Shown one piece after another: positions 1-9,138 of a DNA stretch of 64,000 bases. The notes under the pieces are model-generated. The model had not been told where the DNA came from. It searched no databases and saw only the letters and a program-made list of their open reading frames with translations. This DNA is from an uncultured Methanolobus sp. (lineage in GTDB: Archaea > Halobacteriota > Methanosarcinia > Methanosarcinales > Methanosarcinaceae). How positions within the stretch are numbered: the stretch's first letter is position 1; every line of letters begins with the position of its first letter. The stretch spans positions 2,336,001 through 2,400,000 of the forward strand of contig OY776215.1 of NCBI GenBank assembly GCA_963675495.1. The letters are read 5' to 3'. A program made the position numbers and the translations under genes.

Positions 1-31
1 TGGCTTTAGCAATTGTTGGTAGCAGGAGGAA

Positions 32-1270
32 ATGGTGATTATCATGAATACTAAAGGTATTTTTACAAAAGCGGTTCAGATCCTTCTGGTTATTTCATCT
101 GTCCTTGCGCTTATGTGTCTACCAGCGGCAGCTGTTTACCACAATGAACTGCCGTGCGATGCGAATAGCGATGATCTTATAGGTGAGGATGAATTATCTG
201 ATGCAATTTGCGATATCATGCTTGGTTCAGGCGATCAGTCTCTTGATGATGTAGGCGATGCCGCTTATATTTACACTTACTGGAATGGTGAACCTTTGAC
301 AGTTACCGATCACTATGGAAGCAGAGAAGTGACACTGTACCGCCCGGTAGAAAGGATTGCACTTGCATCGACCCCATCTGCCAGAATAATTTCATCACTG
401 GGTGCGGCAGATAAGGTCGTGGGAGTTTACAATAGTATCAAGACCGATGATAATCTCATAGTAACAAAGGCATATCCGGAACTTAAGAGTGCAACTGATA
501 TAAGTGACGGATATGGTGCCAACGTGGAAGCAGTTATTGGATTAGAACCCGATGTTGTGTTCTATTCTGCCTCAAGTACAGCAGCAACACTTCAGGATCA
601 GACAGGAGTCCCGGTTGTAGCTCTTAGTGCTACATACGGTATTGATTTTAATGATGATGTAGGTGCCTATAACGTCTGGAGACTCGCAGGCGAGATCGTG
701 GGTGAGGAAGAGAGAGCCGAGCAGTTGATCGAATATTCCCAGGCCAAGATGAACACAGTATCATCAATTTCATCAACCATTCCGTCTGATAATATATCGG
801 TTGCATACATTGCCTCTGGTGGGGACAATGCTATCATTAAATGCGCACCAACCTATTACGCACTGGATATTGCCGGCGGTGTAAACCCGGCAGACGGTTT
901 GCCTTCCAGCTGGGGATCAGCCGAGGTTACAAAAGAGCAGATCATCGCATGGAATCCTGATGCGATGTTTATAAGGTTCTACAAGACTGACCAGACCCTA
1001 ACAAAAGATGCTGTAATGGCTGATTCGGCCCTTGCTACTGTTTCAGCTGTTAAGGATTCAAAGGTATATTACATAAGAGGCTCATCCAATGGAATGGATC
1101 CTGCAATATCCATATCCGACTCAATGCGTATGGCAAAATTGCTATATCCTGATTTCTTTGTAAACCTTGACGTCGAAGCAGAAGGCGATGATATCTACAA
1201 TGAATTCTATGGTGTTGACGGCCTTTATACCGATATGCTGAATGATTTTGGAGTATTTGAGAGCTGGTAA
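32..1270 (+). CDS. Fe-siderophore/cobalamin ABC transporter substrate-binding protein with N-terminal signal peptide and dockerin/EF-hand-like segment
   Basis: GGAGG SD; hydrophobic signal; CDANSDDLIGEDEL segment; PVERI, NVEAVIGLEPDVV, EQIIAWNPD and AVKDSKVY motifs of the Peripla_BP_2 family; followed by permease and ATPase. Confidence 0.85.
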   Translation: MVIIMNTKGIFTKAVQILLVISSVLALMCLPAAAVYHNELPCDANSDDLIGEDELSDAICDIMLGSGDQSLDDVGDAAYIYTYWNGEPLTVTDHYGSREVTLYRPVERIALASTPSARIISSLGAADKVVGVYNSIKTDDNLIVTKAYPELKSATDISDGYGANVEAVIGLEPDVVFYSASSTAATLQDQTGVPVVALSATYGIDFNDDVGAYNVWRLAGEIVGEEERAEQLIEYSQAKMNTVSSISSTIPSDNISVAYIASGGDNAIIKCAPTYYALDIAGGVNPADGLPSSWGSAEVTKEQIIAWNPDAMFIRFYKTDQTLTKDAVMADSALATVSAVKDSKVYYIRGSSNGMDPAISISDSMRMAKLLYPDFFVNLDVEAEGDDIYNEFYGVDGLYTDMLNDFGVFESW

Positions 1271-1376
1271 TAAGCAAGATATAAAGTATTTGTTGTGTTG
1301 GGTTTTATCTCAACACACAGCCTTTTTTTATTTCAATTCACATTAAGATGACCTAACAGTGTTGTGAGTCAAAAAA

Positions 1377-2456
1377 ATGAAAGCTATTCCAAACGGTACA
1401 CGTGGCACATCAGACATAAAAGAGGAATACAGTTCCCTGGTCGGGAGAAAAGTACTATTCATAGTGATTCTCATTTTTTCCCTTATTGCGATAATTGGAA
1501 TAGCGTCAACAATCGGTGTTCTTGAATTTACGGTCAGGGATGTGTACCTTTCGATCTTTAATGCGGTCTTCCCGGGTCATTTTGAGGTGCCCGAAGTCGT
1601 AGATCTTGTCGTGCTGCAGATAAGGCTTCCGCGTATCTGTCTTGGAATATTGGCAGGTATGGGTCTTGGTATTGCAGGTTGTGTGATGCAGGGTATACTT
1701 AGAAACCCGCTTGCATCCCCCTACACACTTGGCATTTCATCTGGTGCTGGTTTTGGTGCCGCAGTTGCAATAATCCTTGGAGCAGGAGTTGTGGGCGGCG
1801 AATACCTGATAATAGGAAATGCTTTTATCGGGGCTCTGCTGTGTTCCTCTATAATCCTGCTCCTTTCAAGCAGGAGAAATGCAACCCCTGAATCCATGCT
1901 GCTTGCCGGCATAGCTTTGATGTACCTGTTATCCGCAAGCACATCATTATTGCAGTATTTTGCAGACGATGAAGCAACAAAGGAAGTAATGTTCTGGATG
2001 ATAGGTAGTCTTTCATATGCAAGCTGGAGTAAAATATCTGCGATCGCGGTTGTACTTATTTTTACATTCCCCTTGCTTCTGTGGAAATCAACAGATCTCA
2101 ACCTGATAAGTGCAGGCGATGAAACAGCCAAGAGTCTGGGAGTAAACGTCAAACAAACAAGAATCCTGTTGATGGTAGTGGCATCCCTTCTTACAGCCAG
2201 CATTGTCTGTTTTACAGGAACAATTGGCTTTATAGGTCTGGTTGCCCCTCACATGACCCGCATGATAATCGGAGGAGATAACAGATTTGTATTCCCCATA
2301 TCCGCTCTTTTGGGTGGTGTTCTTCTGACCGTGGCAGACATGGTTGCAATAACGATCATAGAACCTACTATTATTCCGATCGGCATAATGACGGCTTATA
2401 TGGGAGTTCCGCTATTTCTGTACCTCATAATAAATAGAAGAAAAGATTACTGGTAA
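1377..2456 (+). CDS. FecCD/BtuC-family ABC transporter permease
   Basis: IRLPR, MQGILRNPLASPYTLGISSGA, GDETAKSLGVNV and GTIGFIGLVAPH motifs. Confidence 0.95.
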   Translation: MKAIPNGTRGTSDIKEEYSSLVGRKVLFIVILIFSLIAIIGIASTIGVLEFTVRDVYLSIFNAVFPGHFEVPEVVDLVVLQIRLPRICLGILAGMGLGIAGCVMQGILRNPLASPYTLGISSGAGFGAAVAIILGAGVVGGEYLIIGNAFIGALLCSSIILLLSSRRNATPESMLLAGIALMYLLSASTSLLQYFADDEATKEVMFWMIGSLSYASWSKISAIAVVLIFTFPLLLWKSTDLNLISAGDETAKSLGVNVKQTRILLMVVASLLTASIVCFTGTIGFIGLVAPHMTRMIIGGDNRFVFPISALLGGVLLTVADMVAITIIEPTIIPIGIMTAYMGVPLFLYLIINRRKDYW

Positions 2457-2493
2457 ACACTCACAAAAGAATGGCGCAGAGAAGGGAAAGGAA

Positions 2494-3276
2494 ATGAAAT
2501 TGACAATAAATGATCTGGATTTTAGTTATTCAAGTACTCCTATTCTCAAAAATGTCAAAATGGAACTAAATCCTGGAGAAGTCGTAAGCATCCTTGGCCC
2601 CAACGGGGCAGGCAAATCCACACTCATAAAGTGTATAGACCGCATACTGAACCCTCACAGTGGAGAGATACGGTTAGGTGACAGAGATGTTGAAAGTATG
2701 AGCAATATGGAAATTGCCAGGCACATGGGTTATGTCCCACAATCAGCAGGACGTATGTTCCCTGCCACGGTTCTCGATACGGTCCTGATGGGGAGAAGAC
2801 CCCACGTAACCTGGAGATTCAACGATAAAGATATCGATAAAGCATTAAATGCCCTTGAATTGATGGGAATTGAAGGTTTTGCTTTTCGTGACTATGGTGA
2901 ACTTAGTGGAGGACAACAGCAAAGGGTAATTATTGCCCGTGCGATCGCCCAGGAAACAGACATTCTGCTCCTGGATGAACCCACTAGCAATCTTGATATA
3001 AAGCACCAGATCGAAAGCATGGAGATTGTAAAAAAGATGGTCAAGGATACAGGTATCTCCGCGATAATGGCTATTCACGATCTGAATCTTGGTGCGAGGT
3101 ATTCGGACAGAATAATAATGATGTCCGAGGGAAATATTGTTGCAATGGGTTCTCCGTTCTCGGTGCTGACCGCAGAGAACATTGCATCTGTTTATGGTGT
3201 TGAAGCCGCAGTAAAAGAGGAAGAAGGAATTCCTTATGTTGTTCCTTTGAGATCGAGCGGATTGCAAGGTACGTGA
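2494..3276 (+). CDS. ABC transporter ATP-binding protein (FecE/BtuD type)
   Basis: Walker A GPNGAGKST, signature LSGGQQQR, Walker B LLLDEPTSNLD, IHDLN. Confidence 0.95.
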   Translation: MKLTINDLDFSYSSTPILKNVKMELNPGEVVSILGPNGAGKSTLIKCIDRILNPHSGEIRLGDRDVESMSNMEIARHMGYVPQSAGRMFPATVLDTVLMGRRPHVTWRFNDKDIDKALNALELMGIEGFAFRDYGELSGGQQQRVIIARAIAQETDILLLDEPTSNLDIKHQIESMEIVKKMVKDTGISAIMAIHDLNLGARYSDRIIMMSEGNIVAMGSPFSVLTAENIASVYGVEAAVKEEEGIPYVVPLRSSGLQGT

Positions 3277-3742
3277 GTTCAGCACAATGACAATACCAAT
3301 GCTTGCCTATGAAGTCTTCTTGAAATGACATTATTTGAGCACAAGGTACTGCATTTGACTGTAAAATTAATAATCAGACTATAAAAATTATTTGTTGGAA
3401 TAGTGAATATTTCTATTCAATGACCTTTTTAACCCAAGTTTGAGAGTTTTCACTCTTTGATGGAGACAATGTCTTCTCTTTCAACCCAAAGTTTCCATTT
3501 TTTGTCCGGAAAATCTATTTGACAGTTTAAACAATTTAGTACAAATTACTACGATTTGACCCATTTTTGCTCTATAAGCAGTGTATTTTTCGCATCAAAG
3601 TTGGCATAAATGTACTTTTTTGTCTGAACATCCTGAATATAATATTCACAGATTCTTTTCAATTTTACTTTTTTAAAACCACATTAATTTATTGATTTTT
3701 GAGATACTTACTGCAACTTTAGTTCTATTGAAAATCTGCAAG

Positions 3743-3760
3743 TGCGTAATATTAATATGT
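3743..3760 (+). promoter_or_regulatory. BRE/TATA promoter of the host tRNA-Leu gene
   Basis: TGCGTAATATTAATATGT begins 48 nt upstream of the tRNA 5' end; same motif and spacing at 3882. Confidence 0.65.
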
Positions 3761-3790
3761 AAAGTATATGTTTACAACATGTTCTTTTGT

Positions 3791-3833
3791 GCGGGGGTTG
3801 CCCAGCCTGGCCAAAGGCGCAGGGCTTAGGACC
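3791..3833 (+). pseudogene. 5' half of host tRNA-Leu(UAG), disrupted by integration (contains attL)
   Basis: GCGGGGGTTGCCCAGCCTGGCCAAAGGCGCAGGGCTTAGGACC then non-tRNA sequence; joins 18637-18678 into a complete 85-nt cloverleaf. Confidence 0.93.
3821..3833 (+). repeat. attL core (13-bp direct repeat)
   Basis: AGGGCTTAGGACC, identical to 18624-18636; spans the anticodon loop. Confidence 0.9.
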
Positions 3834-3881
3834 ATATTCATAGGGCTTCATAGTATTTTCATCTAAAAATAGACTTGTGAA

Positions 3882-3899
3882 TGCGCAATATTAATATGT
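3882..3899 (+). promoter_or_regulatory. BRE/TATA promoter of the element-borne tRNA-Leu
   Basis: TGCGCAATATTAATATGT, 17/18 identical to 3743-3760 and at the same 48-nt distance from the tRNA. Confidence 0.7.
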
Positions 3900-3929
3900 G
3901 AACAATATCTTTAATGATTATTCTTTTAT

Positions 3930-4014
3930 GCGAGGGTTGCCCAGCCAGGTCAAAGGCGATGGGCTTAGGACCCATTATCGTAGGATTTCGTGTGTTCGAA
4001 TCACACCCCTCGCA
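3930..4014 (+). tRNA. tRNA-Leu (anticodon UAG), intact, element-encoded
   Basis: Acceptor GCGAGGG/CCCTCGC+A; anticodon arm ATGGG-CTTAGGA-CCCAT; variable arm ATC-GTAG-GAT; T arm GTGTG-TTCGAAT-CACAC; 85 nt. Confidence 0.96.
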
Positions 4015-4066
4015 CTTGTTTTTAGGGATATAGGTAACGTAGCACTTGTTTTTTGGGATATAGGTA
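4012..4066 (+). repeat. Two copies of a 25-bp direct repeat (period 30) overlapping the tRNA 3' end
   Basis: GCACTTGTTTTTAGGGATATAGGTA (4012-4036) and GCACTTGTTTTTTGGGATATAGGTA (4042-4066), 24/25 identical. Confidence 0.85.
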
Positions 4067-4091
4067 TCCTGAAAAACAGATACTCAGGATT

Positions 4092-4988
4092 TTACAATGT
4101 TAATTGTTTAATTGCTTCGTTTAATTTAGCAATTTGATCTAATTGATCAAAAATTCCTCCTTCCTGTAAGAATTTTAGAAGAAGGTAACAATAAAATCCA
4201 TAAAGATTGGACAAAATATCTCTGATAGCGTCCATCTCATAAACCTTATTTCCAAAAATTAATTCTTTTGTGTCACTATCATAGTAATAATCAGAATGGG
4301 CAATTTTATTTCTAATAAAAGAGTTTTGAACAATATCACAGTTCCATCCATTCAAGAACTCTTGTGTGTTAAAATAATTAATTAATTCACCTCTGGAAAT
4401 TGTCATCCCTTTCATTTTTGTTTTTCGATATGTTTTACAGAATTTCTTTGATTTTTCATCTTGCCTTCTTTGTTTGTAAGCTATTTTCACTGTAATATCT
4501 GTCAAAAAGAGGATTGTTAATTCATAAATCTGCACATATGTCGTTAATACCTGATTTAATCTGAATTCAATAGAAAAATTTTCATGATTTATCTTCTCCA
4601 TATCACTTGCAATTTGCTGCAAATTCCATACTTTAGGAAAATGTGACCATAAATCATTACCAAGTCCTTTTCCTTTTGTTTCTTTATAGAGTTGAGTTAT
4701 TAATCTATCAATAAAATCTATGCTTTGTGCGTCTAGTTTTTCACTCTGTGAAAGCAAGTCTTGCAAAAAACCTACAAGTTGGTCATGAGTGCTTGACATT
4801 TGGTAACAAAAATCTTCCAGATTATTGGGATATTTTGTTTCAAATTCCTCGTTAACTAATTGCATAAATCCAGTTGGAATTTTAGTATTCAATTCGGATT
4901 CGATATTGTAAAAACGTCTATTAATCTCATCCTTAGCTTTTGGTTTAAAGTTTTTAAAGACATTTGGATCAAGAGTCATACTTCCCAT
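4092..4988 (-). CDS. Hypothetical helical protein with C-terminal HEPN-like RxxxxH motif (putative RNase)
   Basis: 298-aa AT-rich ORF; FIRNKIAHSDY motif preceded by the helical YVQIYEL segment; lies in defence cargo. Confidence 0.65.
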   Translation of the reverse strand: MGSMTLDPNVFKNFKPKAKDEINRRFYNIESELNTKIPTGFMQLVNEEFETKYPNNLEDFCYQMSSTHDQLVGFLQDLLSQSEKLDAQSIDFIDRLITQLYKETKGKGLGNDLWSHFPKVWNLQQIASDMEKINHENFSIEFRLNQVLTTYVQIYELTILFLTDITVKIAYKQRRQDEKSKKFCKTYRKTKMKGMTISRGELINYFNTQEFLNGWNCDIVQNSFIRNKIAHSDYYYDSDTKELIFGNKVYEMDAIRDILSNLYGFYCYLLLKFLQEGGIFDQLDQIAKLNEAIKQLTL

Positions 4989-5112
4989 TCACCTTATGTT
5001 TGGTTTAGAAATACTATTCGTTAAGCAAGATTTCATTACATGTAGTATTTATTTATACTTATAAATAGAATATGTTATAAAGTTCGTCTACTATTACTTT
5101 TGAGGATTCACA

Positions 5113-7953
5113 ATGCTTGATCTCAACGAATTCCAGACAAGGAAACAAAAAATCGATGTGCTTCTCAAAGAGCATGGATGGAACGTTTCTGACAGGTCAC
5201 AAGTTATTGTTGAGGTTGATACAAAACAATCTGATTTTAAAAAACAGCTCTACAAACAGGTTAATGAAACCCTGAAGAATGATTTAGAGAGCAAATATGT
5301 AGATTATCTCTTACTTGATAGTCTGGGCAATCCTATTGCTGTCATTGAAGCCAAGAGGACATCAAAAGACCCTATTGTTGGGCAAAAGCAAGCTGAGCAA
5401 TATGCTGATGACATTAAGGCTCAGACCGGAAAGGATGTTTTCATTTATCTTTCCAATGGATATGAAATATGGTTCTGGGATAGGGAACGTTATCCTGTAA
5501 GACAGGTCAAAGGATTCCACACTCAAAAAGACCTTGAAAGAATGGATTACCAGATACAGAGCGGCAAGATAGACCATGATATCGATGTTAATACGGATAT
5601 TGTTGACCGTGCAAAAAGCATTGAGGTTACAAAGAGAGTTGTGGAACATATCCGCAAAGGACATAGAAAAGCTCTTGTTGTTATGGCTACTGGCACAGGA
5701 AAGACCCGTGTTGCAATGGCTATCATTGACCAGCTCATGCGTGAGGGTCGTGCTCAGAAAATCTTGTTTTTAGCTGATCGTAGGGAACTTAGAAGACAGG
5801 CTTACGATAAGGGATTTATGAAATTCTTCCCGGATGAATCCAAGGAGAGAATTCTTTCAGGTAATTATGATCCAAATAAAAGACTGTATGTTTCCACCAT
5901 CCAGACATTTCAGGAGATCTACAGCCAGAAGGATAAGGATGGAAGATACAGAATATCACCGGGAGAGTTCGACCTTATATTTTCGGATGAGGCTCACAGA
6001 TCCATTTATTCCAAGTGGAAAGGAATATTCACCTATCTTGATGCAATCCAAATTGGATTGACTGCAACTCCGGCTGATATGGTTGATAGAGATACCTTCA
6101 GGTTCTTTGAGTGTGATGATGATTCTCCAACCGCTCTTTATTCTTATGAGGATGCAGTCAAAGATGGAGTTCTCTGCGATTTCAGAAAGAATGTTTCAGG
6201 TGCAAGGACACATTTCCAGATGAATGGCCTTAGGCCTGATGATCTTACCGAAAGTGAGCGTGAAGAACTGCTCAATAAAGGTATTGACCCTGATACTATT
6301 GATTTTGAAGGTACGGATCTTGAGAAGAAGGTTGCTTTGAAGGGAACATCTGAAGCGATTGTCCGGGAATTTATGGATTATTGCCTTACTGATCAATCGG
6401 GAACTCTGCCAGCTAAGACTATTTTCTTTGCTATATCTAAACTCCATGCAAAGAGACTCTGGGAAGCTTTTGAAAGGTTGTATCCAGAATATAAAGGCCA
6501 GCTTGCAAAGATGATCACCTCTGAGGATTCAAGGGCTTCACAGTTGATAGATGATTTCAAGACTAAATCATTCCCAAGGGTTGCAATCTCCATTGACATG
6601 ATGGATACTGGCATCGATGTTCCAGAGGTATGCAATCTGGTGTTTGCAAAGCCTGTATTCTCGAAGATCAAGTTCTGGCAGATGCTTGGGAGAGGCACAA
6701 GGGCTGATGGTGCATGTGGGTTTAGGGATTGGTTGCCAAATGGTGAAAAGGAATACTTCAAGGTTTTTGATTTCTGGAACAATTTTGAGTACTGGGACAT
6801 GAACCCGGAAGGTGTGAAGAACGAGCCAACTGAGGCTATCACCAATCGTATATTCCTTTTCAAGCTCAAACAAATGAACGAGTTGATGAGTCGTAGTAAT
6901 TATGAGCTTGTGGATCAGTTGAAGGGGAGCATTATCGAAGATATCAGAACCTTACCTCAGGATTCAGTGAGTATCAAAGAGTATCTTCAAGATGTGGAAA
7001 AGGCATTGTCACCAAAGCTATGGGATAATGTAGGACTCGATCCTCTTGCTTTCCTCCAGAAGAAGATCATGCCACTGATGAAGTTCAAACCTGATGTGAA
7101 TCTGAAGGAAGCCAGCTTTACGCTGATGTGTGAGAAACTTGCTTTTGCAGTGCTTCAAAACAATACTCATGAGATAGAACGCCTGAAGAAGTCCATTGCT
7201 GAAATGGTGGATCATCTTCCAAGGACTCTGGATAAAGTGTGCGATAAAGAGGTGTTCCTGGATGAGATTCTATCCAATGCGTTCTGGAGTGGTGTGGGTT
7301 TTGAGGATGCTAAAAGGATGGTGGATGAAGTTGCACCTCTTATGCCCTATATGTCCAGAGAAGCAAGAGAAACAATTGTTATTGATATGAGTGATACCAT
7401 TGCAGAGAGGAAACAATGGACTATCAAGGATGATGAAGCCGAGTATGTGACCACATACAGAGCGAAGGTGGAAGACTGGATAAAGGAACTTGCAGAAACG
7501 CATCCTGTTATCCGCAAAATAAAGAATGATGGGATACTGACCGAAAGCGACCTCCAGCAGCTTGAGAACACGCTTTTTAATTCAGAACTTACCCTGAATG
7601 AGTCAAAGTTAAAGCAGATCTACCACAGGCAGAACACAAGCCTTGTGGAACTGATAAGAAACATACTCGGACTCTATGAGTTCCCATCTCCCGAAGACAC
7701 AATCAAAGATGCTTTCCAGACCTTTGTCATCGAGAACAACAAACACTACACAGCCGACCAGCTCAATTTTATACGCACTCTCCAGACTGTTTTCCTGAGA
7801 AAGAAACACATTGAATTCTCAACTCTCTGGAATGCCCCCTTCACTAATTTTGGCACAACCGCACCCATGCCCATGTTCTCTCAAGAAGAGTTAAATGCCT
7901 TTGTCAACATCTGCAACGGAGTAGAAAGAGAGATTTTTGGTTCAGAGGCATAA
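5113..7953 (+). CDS. hsdR: Type I restriction enzyme R subunit (EcoAI/EcoEI-like)
   Basis: YVDYLL...VIEAK nuclease motif, MATGTGKT, DEAH, GLTATP, QMLGRGTR, EcoEI-type C-terminus. Confidence 0.95.
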   Translation: MLDLNEFQTRKQKIDVLLKEHGWNVSDRSQVIVEVDTKQSDFKKQLYKQVNETLKNDLESKYVDYLLLDSLGNPIAVIEAKRTSKDPIVGQKQAEQYADDIKAQTGKDVFIYLSNGYEIWFWDRERYPVRQVKGFHTQKDLERMDYQIQSGKIDHDIDVNTDIVDRAKSIEVTKRVVEHIRKGHRKALVVMATGTGKTRVAMAIIDQLMREGRAQKILFLADRRELRRQAYDKGFMKFFPDESKERILSGNYDPNKRLYVSTIQTFQEIYSQKDKDGRYRISPGEFDLIFSDEAHRSIYSKWKGIFTYLDAIQIGLTATPADMVDRDTFRFFECDDDSPTALYSYEDAVKDGVLCDFRKNVSGARTHFQMNGLRPDDLTESEREELLNKGIDPDTIDFEGTDLEKKVALKGTSEAIVREFMDYCLTDQSGTLPAKTIFFAISKLHAKRLWEAFERLYPEYKGQLAKMITSEDSRASQLIDDFKTKSFPRVAISIDMMDTGIDVPEVCNLVFAKPVFSKIKFWQMLGRGTRADGACGFRDWLPNGEKEYFKVFDFWNNFEYWDMNPEGVKNEPTEAITNRIFLFKLKQMNELMSRSNYELVDQLKGSIIEDIRTLPQDSVSIKEYLQDVEKALSPKLWDNVGLDPLAFLQKKIMPLMKFKPDVNLKEASFTLMCEKLAFAVLQNNTHEIERLKKSIAEMVDHLPRTLDKVCDKEVFLDEILSNAFWSGVGFEDAKRMVDEVAPLMPYMSREARETIVIDMSDTIAERKQWTIKDDEAEYVTTYRAKVEDWIKELAETHPVIRKIKNDGILTESDLQQLENTLFNSELTLNESKLKQIYHRQNTSLVELIRNILGLYEFPSPEDTIKDAFQTFVIENNKHYTADQLNFIRTLQTVFLRKKHIEFSTLWNAPFTNFGTTAPMPMFSQEELNAFVNICNGVEREIFGSEA

Positions 7954-7956
7954 CGG

Positions 7957-9138
7957 ATGAAAAATGAGTTACCAGATGGGTGGAAGTTAGCAAAATTAAA
8001 AGACATTACTGAATGTTTAGATAATAAGCGAGTCCCGTTGAACGGTGAGGAAAGACTAAAAATTCAGGGAAATGTTCCTTATTACGGTGCTAATGGACAA
8101 TTAGATAACATCAATCAGTATATTTTTGACGAAGAATTGTTACTTGTTGCCGAAGATGGCGGTTCATGGGGGAAAAAACAAATCTGTGCTTATATCATAC
8201 ATGGAAAATCATGGGTAAACAACCATGCTCATGTGCTCAGGATGAAAAAAGATGTTGAGATTTCATTCTTAATGCACTGCTTAAATGAAGCCGATTTAAA
8301 TAAGTACATTACGGGAACAACAAGGGGAAAGCTCAATAGAGCGAATATGGACAAAATAGAAATTCCTCTCCCATCCCTCGAAACCCAACAGAAGATTATC
8401 ACCATCCTTGAAAAAGCCGAAGAGACTAAAAAACAGCGGGCACAGGCTTATTATTTGTCACAGCAACTCCTGCAAAGTGTGTTTTTGGAAATGTTTGGTG
8501 ATCCTGTGAGGAATCCGATGGGGTGGGAAGTTAGGAAGTTGGGAGAATTATCAACAAAAATACTAAGTGGATCTACCCCAAAAGGCGGAGAACAAGTTTA
8601 CGTAAAAGAAGGAATCACTTTTTTTAGAAGCCAAAATGTTTGGAAAAATAGAATTGAATTTAGTGATATAGCATTTATTGATGAAGCGACCCATAATAAA
8701 ATGAAAAAAAGCAGTTTAAAAAATAAAGATATTTTAGTTACTAAAACAGGAAGAATAAATACCGAGAATAGTAGTTTAGGAAGAGCAGCACTATTCTTAG
8801 GAGAAAATAACAGTGCAAATATTAACGGACATGTTTATTTGATACGATTACAGGAAAATAATATACATAAATTTATTTTATTTATTCTAACAACAAATGC
8901 ATATAGAGACTATATTAGAAGTGTATGTGTTGGAGGAATTGATAAAAGACAGATAAATAAACACCATTTAGAAGAATTTCCAATTATTTACCCTCCCCTC
9001 CCCCTTCAAGAAAAATTTGCTGAAATCGTTGAACAAATTGAAAAAACAAAGCAATTCCAACAACAAGCATCCCAAGAACTCGATAATCTCTTCAACACAC
9101 TTATGCAAAAAGCCTTCAATGGAGAATTAGTATCATGA
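7957..9138 (+). CDS. hsdS: Type I R-M specificity subunit
   Basis: LPDGW start, two TRDs, IPLPSLETQQKI / PPLPLQEKFAEIV conserved helices, EMFGDP, LMQKAFNGEL end. Confidence 0.95.
   Translation: MKNELPDGWKLAKLKDITECLDNKRVPLNGEERLKIQGNVPYYGANGQLDNINQYIFDEELLLVAEDGGSWGKKQICAYIIHGKSWVNNHAHVLRMKKDVEISFLMHCLNEADLNKYITGTTRGKLNRANMDKIEIPLPSLETQQKIITILEKAEETKKQRAQAYYLSQQLLQSVFLEMFGDPVRNPMGWEVRKLGELSTKILSGSTPKGGEQVYVKEGITFFRSQNVWKNRIEFSDIAFIDEATHNKMKKSSLKNKDILVTKTGRINTENSSLGRAALFLGENNSANINGHVYLIRLQENNIHKFILFILTTNAYRDYIRSVCVGGIDKRQINKHHLEEFPIIYPPLPLQEKFAEIVEQIEKTKQFQQQASQELDNLFNTLMQKAFNGELVS

Noticed and set aside
4012-4066. Possible mini-CRISPR array
   Set aside because: Only two copies with a 5-bp spacer, and no cas genes in the window.
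3898-4137. 79-aa ORF in the track
   Set aside because: It overlaps the intact tRNA-Leu and the repeat; spurious.
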